From Candidatus Fokinia solitaria (lineage in GTDB: Bacteria; Pseudomonadota; Alphaproteobacteria; Rickettsiales; Midichloriaceae), in assembly GCF_003072485.1 (NCBI RefSeq), contig NZ_CP025989.1, positions 570,001 through 602,000 on the forward strand: a DNA stretch of 32,000 bases. The letters are read 5' to 3'. This document shows positions 10,250-19,529 of this stretch, one piece after another (position 1 is the stretch's first letter; each line of letters starts with the position of its first letter). Under the pieces are notes generated by a model. That model was not told the DNA's origin. It searched no databases and saw only the letters and a program-made list of their open reading frames with translations. The position numbers and the translations under genes are program-made.

Positions 10250-10332
10250 GCCCGTGTGATGGAATGGTAGACATAACGGACTTAAAATCCGTGGAGCGCA
10301 ATCTCTTGCCGGTTCGAGTCCGGCCACGGGTA
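10250..10332 (+). tRNA. tRNA-Leu (anticodon TAA)
   Basis: gcccgtg...cacgggt acceptor stem, anticodon stem-loop acgga-cttaaaa-tccgt, long variable arm, ggttcgagtcc T arm; CCA not encoded. Confidence 0.95.
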
Positions 10333-10340
10333 CGCCTTTT

Positions 10341-10426
10341 GGAGAGATGGCTGAGTGGTCAAAAGCAGCGGACTGTAAATCCGCCCGCATACGCGTTCGT
10401 AGGTTCGAATCCTACTCTCTCCACCA
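10341..10426 (+). tRNA. tRNA-Tyr (anticodon GTA)
   Basis: ggagaga...tctctccacca, anticodon stem-loop gcgga-ctgtaaa-tccgc, long variable arm, encoded CCA. Confidence 0.96.
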
Positions 10427-10629
10427 TTGCGCTAATTCAATCTTTGGCAGACTTCCCTATTTGAGATAAGAAGATGATAAGGTAGCGTAGCTTATAAGCT
10501 CGCAAGCACGTACTAATCCGCTCACTCATAACAACAATAGATTTGAATGATAAGTTACACTAGATGAAGGCTTTAGACTGCTATCTCATTATAAAGGAAG
10601 GAGAGTTTTGATCGACTACCTAAAGCTTC

Positions 10630-13600
10630 CTACTTATATAAGCTGCTTCTTAGATCGCAATTTGAGTATTTCTCGAAGAAAAGAGAAAGACGCTGAAATA
10701 TTGTTCCTTTCTTACCAACGCGTTCAAAATTGTTTACGCCTTTCTGCCATAGGTCTGTCATCCTTGTGCCAGTACATCGCATTTCTTCTGTTGCAAAAGC
10801 TTCTTGCATATAATCTTTCGTTTTTACTGGATCTAGCTTTTCTTCTTCTATGATTTTATTAAGCTCTTTCTCCTGACTCTGTGCGACATACTTTTGCCAT
10901 CTTTGTTCAATATCTTTATCAATTACAGCATCGGCATTTTTCTTCAACTGCTCTATAAAGCTTTCAATTAGTTCTCTTTTACTGTGTAATTCAGGACTAG
11001 CTTCGATCTTTCTGCGTATCTCATTTAACACTTCTTTATCAGAATAGCACTGATACTTTTTCAAAAGCTCAAAAATGTTATCAATATTGTAAGCGATTTG
11101 GTTTACAAAGACCATTTCAGCAGTAATATCTAGACTAATATCTTCTTTTTCAAGATTTCTATTCTTTTTATACTCAGCACAAAGGTTACTATACCGACCA
11201 AGATAATCTTGATAGATATCGTCTGGTAATCTTTCTTCAGCTTTTTCAAAGTCATCAAAAAAAGAAAGGGTATTATGAGAATGCAGAATACGAGCAAAAA
11301 TCTCACAAAATTCCCTCTTCACTTCTTCATTTTCAATACTTTGCTGTAATGGAAAACGCTTTTTTAACTGCTGAACTAAGTCAACATATCCTTCATGATG
11401 CTTTCCTCCTTCATTCCATCCTGAATAATAATCTTCGTATTTCCTTGCGAGAACAGTATTAGTTGACGCTTCATTACTAAAAAGACAAATAGCATCTTCA
11501 GTATTATCCCGCTGACTACGAAAATCAACGATTTGACCATAGCTTTTTACTGCACTAGAAATACGATTAGTCCGTGAGAATGCTTGAATTAAATTATGAT
11601 ATTGTAGCTTTCTATCAAGCCATAAGGTATTTACAGTTCTTGCATCAAATCCTGTTAAAAACATATCTACCACGATGAGTAAATCGATTTGACCATCTTT
11701 CATTCTTTTTGATAGATTCTGATAGTAAGCGTCATATGTACTAATGCTATAATCAGTTTTAAAGATTTCATTATACTCTTTGATCGCGACAGCAAGAAAA
11801 TCATTGCTATTCATTTCGCTGGACTCGTGTGGATTAGCATCGAGATCTTCATCAAGATCTTCATCAGATTTATTGCTTTCCTTTAAGCTATAGATGAGTG
11901 CTATATTCAAATCGGTCTTTGCTGCTTTAAACTGCTTATAATATTTTATCGCAGCATAGATTGAACCTACTGCAAAGATAGAATTAAAACCGTTCTTACG
12001 TTTCTCTTCTATATCCAAATTCTTATTTCGTTTTGTCTTTTGATCGAAGCGGCTAATGATATACTTCGTTATTAACGCTATACGGTTTGGTGAATAATAA
12101 GCACTCTCTTTATCAATACCAGGAATATCTTTCTCTTCTATATCATCTTTAGCTTTTAGGTCAATAGAGCAGTAATCCACCATAAATTGCAGAACACTTC
12201 TATCACTTATCGCATTCAGAATCGTATAAGCGTGAAGTTTTTGTCCGAAAATATCTTCGGTAGTACGAAACTCTGAAATACTGCTAGAAGAAGAATTCTT
12301 CTGAAAAATTGGCGTACCTGTAAATCCAAAAATGTGATATTTCTTAAAATTTTTCACGATTTCAATATGCGTTTTACCAAAATGCGAGCGATGACATTCA
12401 TCAAAAATTAAAATTACATGCTTGTTAAAAATATCGTGCTTTTTATTTTTAGAAATGAATATTCTCAATTTTTGAAGAGTGGTGATTATAATTTTTTTCT
12501 CATAACTTGTAGATAAGTGCCTTTCTAAACTTTTTGTATTTGAAGTCTGATTTACTGCATCTTTCTCGATATTATTATATTCTTCTGTCGTTTGATAATC
12601 TAAGTCTTTTCGATCAACCACAAATAGTACCTTATCTATACCATCTATCTCACTTGCAAGTTTCGCTACTTTAAAACTAGTTATCGTCTTTCCGCTACCT
12701 GTTGCATGCCAAATATAGCCATTAGCTTCCCTACAACCAAGCTGATTACTTTCCGTTGATGTACGAATTTTTTCAAGGATACATTCTATCGCTGCAATTT
12801 GATATGGACGTAACACACACAACAATTCTTTATTCTTTGAGTAATCTTTTCTAATAAGACAGTAACGAGTTAAAATCGAGAACAACGAATGTCTAGAAAG
12901 AAATGTTCTTGCAAAATCGGTAAGCTTCGCAATACGTGTATTTTGAGCATCCGTCCACCAATTTGTTACTTCATGAAATCCAACATTATCTTTGCTATAC
13001 TTTGTCTTTTCTGGAGTATTATTCGCATAATATTTTGTCTCTGCACCGTTTGAAATTACGAATATCTGCACGTATTCAAATAACCCATCATCACTACCAA
13101 AGCTTTCTCGCTGATAACGCTCAATTTGCGCGAATGCATCATAAAATGAAGCTGCATAACTTTTTAATTCAATGTGAACCAGCGGAAGACCATTAACAAG
13201 AATAGTAACATCATATCGATTCTTATGCTCTCCTCCAGCTTCGCATTGATCCTTATGCTCTCCTCCAGCTTTATATTGACTGATCACTTGCATGACATTC
13301 TCACCGAGATTGCCGTTTTTATCACTTTTATTAAGGATATAGATATTCTTCGTACTGCCATCATCGCGTTTCATACTGTACACGTAGTCCTCTTGCACAT
13401 TTTTTGTCTTTTCTTTTACTCCACTATTTTTTTTAGTTAGATATTCATTACGGTAATGTTCCCATTCATTATCAGTAAATTTTATCTTATTCAAAGATGA
13501 AAGTCGCTCGCGTAGATTATCCAAAAGTGCTCTGTTATTCTTAATAGATGGTAAGTATTCATATCCATTCTCTTCTGTCAAAATTCTTATAAGTTCAGCT

Positions 13601-13707
13601 TCGATCTCTGCTTCAGAGTCGTACTTTTTACCATCATTAGATGGCGTATACTCTTTAATAACAGTGCTTTTCTGAGTTTCCTTAACTGAATTAGCTCTAA
13701 TCATCAC
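10630..13707 (-). CDS. hsdR: Type I restriction enzyme R subunit (EcoR124/IC-like)
   Basis: 1025 aa; nuclease-like 'DVTILVNGLPLVHIELKS', helicase motifs 'ATGSGKTITSF', 'ILIFDECHRSHFG', 'FGFTGTPIF', 'DMFLTGFDAR', 'QAFSRTNRI'. GTG (13707) or ATG (13704) start overlaps the hsdS stop. Confidence 0.96.
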   Translation of the reverse strand: MMIRANSVKETQKSTVIKEYTPSNDGKKYDSEAEIEAELIRILTEENGYEYLPSIKNNRALLDNLRERLSSLNKIKFTDNEWEHYRNEYLTKKNSGVKEKTKNVQEDYVYSMKRDDGSTKNIYILNKSDKNGNLGENVMQVISQYKAGGEHKDQCEAGGEHKNRYDVTILVNGLPLVHIELKSYAASFYDAFAQIERYQRESFGSDDGLFEYVQIFVISNGAETKYYANNTPEKTKYSKDNVGFHEVTNWWTDAQNTRIAKLTDFARTFLSRHSLFSILTRYCLIRKDYSKNKELLCVLRPYQIAAIECILEKIRTSTESNQLGCREANGYIWHATGSGKTITSFKVAKLASEIDGIDKVLFVVDRKDLDYQTTEEYNNIEKDAVNQTSNTKSLERHLSTSYEKKIIITTLQKLRIFISKNKKHDIFNKHVILIFDECHRSHFGKTHIEIVKNFKKYHIFGFTGTPIFQKNSSSSSISEFRTTEDIFGQKLHAYTILNAISDRSVLQFMVDYCSIDLKAKDDIEEKDIPGIDKESAYYSPNRIALITKYIISRFDQKTKRNKNLDIEEKRKNGFNSIFAVGSIYAAIKYYKQFKAAKTDLNIALIYSLKESNKSDEDLDEDLDANPHESSEMNSNDFLAVAIKEYNEIFKTDYSISTYDAYYQNLSKRMKDGQIDLLIVVDMFLTGFDARTVNTLWLDRKLQYHNLIQAFSRTNRISSAVKSYGQIVDFRSQRDNTEDAICLFSNEASTNTVLARKYEDYYSGWNEGGKHHEGYVDLVQQLKKRFPLQQSIENEEVKREFCEIFARILHSHNTLSFFDDFEKAEERLPDDIYQDYLGRYSNLCAEYKKNRNLEKEDISLDITAEMVFVNQIAYNIDNIFELLKKYQCYSDKEVLNEIRRKIEASPELHSKRELIESFIEQLKKNADAVIDKDIEQRWQKYVAQSQEKELNKIIEEEKLDPVKTKDYMQEAFATEEMRCTGTRMTDLWQKGVNNFERVGKKGTIFQRLSLFFEKYSNCDLRSSLYK

Positions 13708-14870
13708 ATTTTCTTAAAAGTTAATAAATTATCACGATAGTACTCATATTGTTTCTTACGTGCTTCGATCTCGAATAGTAAGCCTTCTGAGCGATCATTC
13801 AGCATTGAATCAAATTTATCAAGAATTGAAACAATACGCTCTTGTTCCTCCATTGCCGGCACTGGAATTAAAAATTTCCCCATACTTTCTGTATTCACTT
13901 CTCTAACTTTAGTACCACATATATAACGTCTTTTTTGCTCTTGAAAGAATCGCGTTTGAAAAAAATACGCAACGTATTTCGGATGTAGAGAATGACGATA
14001 AATACACGCGTGATAACTAATTGCAATCTCATCTTTTCCAAGCCACGCAACTGCTTTACATACATCTCTATCATTTTCGCTTGTAGTAGCAATAATTAAA
14101 TCTCCAGTACATGCCATTCTTCCCTTCTTAGCAAAGACTTTTGATACAAATGACCTAGTACTATCTGTATGCGTACCGTAATAAGTATAGATCTCTCCAT
14201 AATGAATGCATCCTATACCATGAGTAGCAAAATCCTTTTTCTGCAATCCACTACTACAACGAATAAAACTGCCTATCGAAGCTAATGTCACTAACTGTGC
14301 ATCATGTTCACTAAATGTAAACAGTGCATCACGGTAGTACTCATATTGTTTCTTACGTGCAGCCAGTTCCGCAGCCAGTTCCGCTTCATACTTAGTAAAT
14401 GCATCCAATATCGTCACAATCTCCTTTTGAACTTCCATTGCCGGATAAAAAATCTTATAACAAGAATATTTTGAGAGCCATTGACGCGCATGATCTGAAG
14501 GAATATATCGTATGCACTTCATAGCGTAGTACACATATCTGAGATTTACCCCTTCTTTCGGAATAAGAATCTTCATCGCAGAGCTTTTTACTTTAAAAGC
14601 AAAATCTACCCACTGACAAGATGTAGTAAAATCATCAAATATAATAGAAGGAACTTCTCTACTCGCATGATAAACTCCATTCAGCTCATTTGTATATCCT
14701 AAGATGAAGCTCTTACCTGCAGTCAAAACGGGAATAGGAGAGGAACTATCATACTTTGTTGATTGCACAATATACTTATCAGGACGTATATAATCTAAAA
14801 CTTCACTTAATGCTCTATACGTGTTGTTATCTTTACAACATCTCGCAATTAATTCATCAATTTTATTCAT
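13704..14870 (-). CDS. hsdS: Type I restriction enzyme specificity subunit S
   Basis: 388 aa; two TRD-like halves, central conserved 'AELAAELAARKKQYEYYRDALFTF' and C-terminal 'EARKKQYEYYRDNLLTF'; lies between hsdM and hsdR with overlapping ends. Confidence 0.95.
   Translation of the reverse strand: MNKIDELIARCCKDNNTYRALSEVLDYIRPDKYIVQSTKYDSSSPIPVLTAGKSFILGYTNELNGVYHASREVPSIIFDDFTTSCQWVDFAFKVKSSAMKILIPKEGVNLRYVYYAMKCIRYIPSDHARQWLSKYSCYKIFYPAMEVQKEIVTILDAFTKYEAELAAELAARKKQYEYYRDALFTFSEHDAQLVTLASIGSFIRCSSGLQKKDFATHGIGCIHYGEIYTYYGTHTDSTRSFVSKVFAKKGRMACTGDLIIATTSENDRDVCKAVAWLGKDEIAISYHACIYRHSLHPKYVAYFFQTRFFQEQKRRYICGTKVREVNTESMGKFLIPVPAMEEQERIVSILDKFDSMLNDRSEGLLFEIEARKKQYEYYRDNLLTFKKM
13731..13763 (-). 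repeat. 33-bp direct repeat, copy A, in distal hsdS
   Basis: atcacgatagtactcatattgtttcttacgtgc; one mismatch to 14328-14360. Confidence 0.9.
14328..14360 (-). repeat. 33-bp direct repeat, copy B, in central hsdS
   Basis: atcacggtagtactcatattgtttcttacgtgc; one mismatch to 13731-13763. Confidence 0.9.
14359..14382 (-). repeat. Perfect 12-bp tandem duplication (2x gcagccagttcc) encoding the 4-aa repeat in the HsdS spacer
   Basis: gcagccagttcc gcagccagttcc; protein ...EAELAAELAARKKQYEYY.... Confidence 0.92.
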
Positions 14871-16434
14871 GCGACTTTTTACCTTCCAGTTTTGCTACAA
14901 TTGCATCAATTTGCGCACGCAACTCAGCTTGACGTTGCGTAATTTCTGCGATTTCCGCATTAAGCTCGATAATATCTACTGCGTCGTTCTCACTTTCTTT
15001 CTCTACATAAGCGCTTACGCTAACATTATAACTATTTTCTGCAACTTCATTACATTCCACAAGTCGTGAAAAGTGTTTCTGCTCAGTACGACCATTATAG
15101 CACTGCACAATCTTTTCTATATTAGATGTTGTTAATTTGTTCTTAGCTGATACACGTATAAATTCCGCACTTGCATCAATAAACAATATCTTACTATCTT
15201 TCGTTCTATTCTTTTTCAAAACTAAGATACATGTACCTATTGATGTGCCAAAAAATAGATCTGAAGGTAACTGAATAACGGCATCGATATGATTGCACTC
15301 AATTAGATATTTTCTGATCTTTTGCTCTGCACCGGCACGATATAACACGCCAGGAAAGCAGACAATCGCAGCTGTACCGTTTTCCTTGAGCACTGACAAC
15401 GAATGCATTACAAACGCAAGATCAGCCTTACTTCTAGGTGCTAGCGCAGTGGATGAAAAACGTGGATCATTAACTAGCTGTTGATCTGCATCTCCATTCC
15501 ATTTGGTAGAGTATGGAGGATTTGAAACAATTGCATCAAATGTTCTCTTATGCTGATATGGCTCTGTCAGAGTATCGCCATGCTCAATTTCAAAGCGATC
15601 ATAATCAATACCGTGCAAAAACATGTTCATACGACAGAGATTATATGTTGTGAGATTGATCTCTTGACCATAAAATTCTACGTTTCTCCCCATCTTTGTG
15701 AATTTGAGAAGCAATGAACCAGAACCACAAGCAGGATCATAGACACTATATACCTTTTCTCTACCATCGATAGCGAGATTAGCAAGTAACTCTGAAACTT
15801 CTTGCGGAGTAAAAAACTCACCACCTGACTTACCTGCGCTAGAAGCGTACATTCCCATCAGGTATTCATAAGCATCACCTGCACCATCGATTGTACTATC
15901 AGCATAATTGCCAAAATTTATAGCGCTTACCGCATTTATTAGCTTAAACAGTAACTCATTGCGCTTTCTTACTGTAGCACCAAGCTTACTACTATTAACA
16001 TCTATATCGTCGAATAATCCTTTTATATCACTTTCACTTTCTTTACCGATAGCAGATCTTTCAATACTCTGAAAAATATTTTGTAAAGTTTCGTTTAAAT
16101 TTTCATCTTTAGCAGCGCGTTTTTGTACGCTATCAAATAGCTGACTTGGAAGTATAAAATATCCTTTTTCCTCAGTAAAAGCCTCTTGGCACTCTCGCTT
16201 TGCTTCCTCATCCGTTAAACTCGCATAATCGAAAGCTTTTGCTGTATTCTGTCCCTTGTTATTCTGCTCGTTGATATAAGATACAAAACGTTCTGAAAGA
16301 AAGCGATAAAATATCATTCCAAGCACATATTGCTTAAAATCCCATCCGTCAACACTTCCGCGTAAATCATTAGCCATTTGCCAAATAGCTGAATGTAATG
16401 CGGCACGCTCTTGTTCTTTTCTATTATCTATCAT
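14863..16434 (-). CDS. hsdM: Type I restriction-modification system M subunit (N6-adenine methyltransferase)
   Basis: 523 aa; 'VYDPACGSGSLLLKF' (motif I), 'DAIVSNPPYS' (motif IV), N-terminal 'QMANDLRGSVDGWDFKQYVLGMIFYRFLSE'. Confidence 0.97.
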   Translation of the reverse strand: MIDNRKEQERAALHSAIWQMANDLRGSVDGWDFKQYVLGMIFYRFLSERFVSYINEQNNKGQNTAKAFDYASLTDEEAKRECQEAFTEEKGYFILPSQLFDSVQKRAAKDENLNETLQNIFQSIERSAIGKESESDIKGLFDDIDVNSSKLGATVRKRNELLFKLINAVSAINFGNYADSTIDGAGDAYEYLMGMYASSAGKSGGEFFTPQEVSELLANLAIDGREKVYSVYDPACGSGSLLLKFTKMGRNVEFYGQEINLTTYNLCRMNMFLHGIDYDRFEIEHGDTLTEPYQHKRTFDAIVSNPPYSTKWNGDADQQLVNDPRFSSTALAPRSKADLAFVMHSLSVLKENGTAAIVCFPGVLYRAGAEQKIRKYLIECNHIDAVIQLPSDLFFGTSIGTCILVLKKNRTKDSKILFIDASAEFIRVSAKNKLTTSNIEKIVQCYNGRTEQKHFSRLVECNEVAENSYNVSVSAYVEKESENDAVDIIELNAEIAEITQRQAELRAQIDAIVAKLEGKKSHE

Positions 16435-16655
16435 TTTTTCATTTGAAAATGCGTATGTTTTAACTACTCGGAAAGATAAAAAAGACTGACAACGTAGTCA
16501 AGTAAATAAAAATACCATAAAGCAAAGCATATAATAGTACACTTACCAGGCTATTACTTCGAAATAGTCATGCTACAATACTCACCTGCTTGATGTCTTT
16601 GCATAGCGCAAAGTCAAAAATCTTACACCCTCACGCAGATCAATGGACATTCTAT

Positions 16656-18449
16656 CTAAGACTTGTCTTCTTCTATCTGAATAGCGTTATCTACATCAAT
16701 GCTAGATGCATTCTCATCATCACGTCCCGCAATTTTATACGCTTCTTGTTTAGGTATTGCAGTCTTTGGTAATAATCTTTCGGTAAATAGCTTATTTTTG
16801 TAATACATGATTTTCTTCGCTTTTATAGGAGGTTGCGATTCAATCAATATGATTTGTTCATCTCTAGGTAATGAAATCACTTCTTGAGGTAATAACAATG
16901 CCCTTTGCGTCTTAGAAACGCTTAAAGATCGCGACGACGGATTTAAATCGAAAAACTCTGGCTCACTCGAAGACACTTGTCTCGCACTTTTATTACCACA
17001 CAACTGCGATATAAGATTAGCAGTTTCCATATTATTAGCGGCAAATGTGATCCTATACGTACTATTTGAAAGAAAAGAATTCATTCCTGGTTCTTCATAT
17101 ATTCCTTTAAGCTGCTGCGTATCTTGCACTATCAGAAACAGCCTAACGTGATATCCTCTAAAGTAAGCAATTCCGTTCATAAACTGATCCATTCTTCCAA
17201 GAGTTGGAAATTCATCCATCAGAAACATCACTCCATATGGCTCATCTGCGCCTGGTAATTTTCTCGTTAAAAACTCAGTAGCTTGCTGATAAAACACTTG
17301 CATCAAAGATTGCAAGCGTTTTAAGTTATCAGGCGTTAGACCGACATATACCGTAATTTTCTCTCTTCTCATCACAGAAAAATTGAAATCACTAGTAGCG
17401 GTAGCAACGTCAATTAAAGGATTAGCCCATAACTCTAAAGCAGAGCTGAGAGTAGAAGCTACACCAGATCTTTCTTTATCCGCTTTCTGAAGAAATGCAG
17501 CGAGATTCATATATCCTACGGGATGTATTATCTCTCCTAACGTATCAAGCCCTACAGCAAGAGTGTACGCCATATCATCACTTCTTAACACTCTCGTAAC
17601 TTCTCCGAATGATAGTCTATCTCCCTTTGCTATTATATATAATGCTATTCCAAGGAAGAGAGTACGCGCTTCATTCTCCCAGAAATCTTTTTTAGCAAGT
17701 AAAAGATTCGCAATTTTTTGTATATCATCAATCATCTGTCCAGGTTTATCACTCACCCAATCCAGCGGATTATAGCAGTGCGTTATACCATCCGGATCAG
17801 CAGGATTCCATACAAATACTTTCTGCCCCGCTTTTTCCCTCCATCCGCTTGTTAATTCATAGTTCTCCAACTTAATATCATGCACAATGAGTGACTCTTC
17901 CCAAAAAAGAAGATTCGGTATCGCAAATCCTACACCTTTACCAGAGCCTGTAGGAGCAAAAAGTAAAGCATGCTGATAACCATCTGCAACATAAAGTCCA
18001 TCCTGATCTTCTCCGAGTAACATTCCATTTTTCTTTCTCAATCCCGCTTTCTCTATTTCACCTTTAGTAGCCCAATGAGCGTCTCCATAAATTGACTCTT
18101 CCTCTTGAAACGGACGTATCTCATGCAATTTACTTCTATAGCGAAATAGTAGAAAAAACTGCAAAAACATAGGCGCACAAATGGAAATGACATATCGCGG
18201 TAAGATATAATTATAACTCCAAAACGTTATAGCGCTGTAGTTGTTTATCATCCAATACATCATATCTAGTAGCATTGTGATATTTGCTTTTATACTTATG
18301 ATAGCTTCGATACTTGAAAGATTTGAATAATCTTGAGATATCATAAATATATAGCCAGAGACGTACAAACTCATACATATCGTACATGAGAGAAATACTA
18401 CGAGAACAAAAAAATTTCGTATGGTATTTGTAAAGCTCTTCATAGCCAC
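16656..18449 (-). CDS. virD4: Type IV secretion system coupling protein, VirD4/TraG family
   Basis: 597 aa; N-terminal TM segments, 'YGDAHWATKGEI', Walker A 'FAPTGSGKGVGFAIPNLL', 'FLMDEFPTLGRM', 'QDTQQLKGIYG-like' region. Confidence 0.95.
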   Translation of the reverse strand: MAMKSFTNTIRNFFVLVVFLSCTICMSLYVSGYIFMISQDYSNLSSIEAIISIKANITMLLDMMYWMINNYSAITFWSYNYILPRYVISICAPMFLQFFLLFRYRSKLHEIRPFQEEESIYGDAHWATKGEIEKAGLRKKNGMLLGEDQDGLYVADGYQHALLFAPTGSGKGVGFAIPNLLFWEESLIVHDIKLENYELTSGWREKAGQKVFVWNPADPDGITHCYNPLDWVSDKPGQMIDDIQKIANLLLAKKDFWENEARTLFLGIALYIIAKGDRLSFGEVTRVLRSDDMAYTLAVGLDTLGEIIHPVGYMNLAAFLQKADKERSGVASTLSSALELWANPLIDVATATSDFNFSVMRREKITVYVGLTPDNLKRLQSLMQVFYQQATEFLTRKLPGADEPYGVMFLMDEFPTLGRMDQFMNGIAYFRGYHVRLFLIVQDTQQLKGIYEEPGMNSFLSNSTYRITFAANNMETANLISQLCGNKSARQVSSSEPEFFDLNPSSRSLSVSKTQRALLLPQEVISLPRDEQIILIESQPPIKAKKIMYYKNKLFTERLLPKTAIPKQEAYKIAGRDDENASSIDVDNAIQIEEDKS

Positions 18450-18450
18450 A

Positions 18451-19443
18451 TTAAAAAGTCACAACAAAAGAATTTGCGCTACTATCTTCAACGAATGCTT
18501 TGATGATTGAGGGAAATTTTGATACTACTTCATCTGCTGATACAGCCTCTATAGGAAGTGATGCTATTTTTTTAGCTAAAAGATCAAAGGAATATAGCAT
18601 ATTTAATACGAAGCTCGCTTGAGAAATGAATTGATACTGTAATACTGAGCATTTCGTAAAGAATAGAGACTTTTCTTGCAGTAACTTCACGTCGATTGAG
18701 TCAATAGGCTGCCCTAAACTGCCGTAATTCACGATTGTACCGAAATTTAGCAGCGCATTCACCGAATACGGTATAGAAGAAGTCCCCATATTATCATACG
18801 TTACATGTACACCAGAATATTCGGTTAAATTTTTAATTTGACTTAGAAATGCGCTATCATCGTCAAGTGTTATAAAGTCATTACATCCAACTCGTACTTC
18901 AGAAGAGATATTCGCACCTTTCTTTACGACTCCTATTACTTTTTTTGCTTTTGCGTATTGTGCTATAACTCCAAGAATAATAGATTCAGCGGAAGTAGCA
19001 TTATGTATCAAGACTACCGTACCATCAAAAACTATATATACTTTCGCAAGTAAAATGTACGCTTGTATCAATTTGAAAAACATAGATACAGCAACGTTTG
19101 GCTGCAACCAATTCGGTAGAATAAGGATATTCGAAGCATTTAGGACGACATATTTGCTAAGCGTCTTACCGCTCTTTTTGATATACAGCACTATATCACC
19201 TACATTAAATTTCGCTTTCGCTTCCATATCTAAGTCCGTTATACGTCCACATCCTATATGTCCTATACAAAGACCGTTTTCACTCTTTGCGCTTACTACA
19301 TCCGATATATCAAGCCCTTCAATGGAAACGGCAATATTCTCCAGGAGAATACCCCGCCCCGCGTAAACATTTTCAGTATCGTCCTCTACTTTTCGTAAAC
19401 CATAACTACCACCGCTATAAAATGCTTCAAAGCGATACCCCAC
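18451..19443 (-). CDS. Zinc-independent medium-chain dehydrogenase / NADPH:quinone oxidoreductase-like protein
   Basis: 330 aa; 'VSAKSENGLCIGHIGCGRITDL...FNVGDIVLY' GroES-like segment and 'VLIHNATSAESIILGVIAQYAKAKKVIGVVK' cofactor-binding region; divergent. Confidence 0.65.
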   Translation of the reverse strand: MGYRFEAFYSGGSYGLRKVEDDTENVYAGRGILLENIAVSIEGLDISDVVSAKSENGLCIGHIGCGRITDLDMEAKAKFNVGDIVLYIKKSGKTLSKYVVLNASNILILPNWLQPNVAVSMFFKLIQAYILLAKVYIVFDGTVVLIHNATSAESIILGVIAQYAKAKKVIGVVKKGANISSEVRVGCNDFITLDDDSAFLSQIKNLTEYSGVHVTYDNMGTSSIPYSVNALLNFGTIVNYGSLGQPIDSIDVKLLQEKSLFFTKCSVLQYQFISQASFVLNMLYSFDLLAKKIASLPIEAVSADEVVSKFPSIIKAFVEDSSANSFVVTF

Positions 19444-19529
19444 GTCCTTAGCTATACAATCTTTTTTTGAATTCTAGCTATCATTTCTATTAATTTCAAT
19501 ATGATAATATAGATATTAAGATATGAATC

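Noticed and set aside
10264-10464. 66-aa ORF 'MVDITDLKSVERNLLPVRV...'
   Set aside because: It is a translation of tRNA-Leu and tRNA-Tyr genes.
10427-16655. Idea that the R-M locus carries extra defence genes (toxin-antitoxin, anti-restriction, abortive infection)
   Set aside because: The flanking gaps (10427-10629 and 16435-16655) contain no credible CDS; only hsdM, hsdS and hsdR are present.
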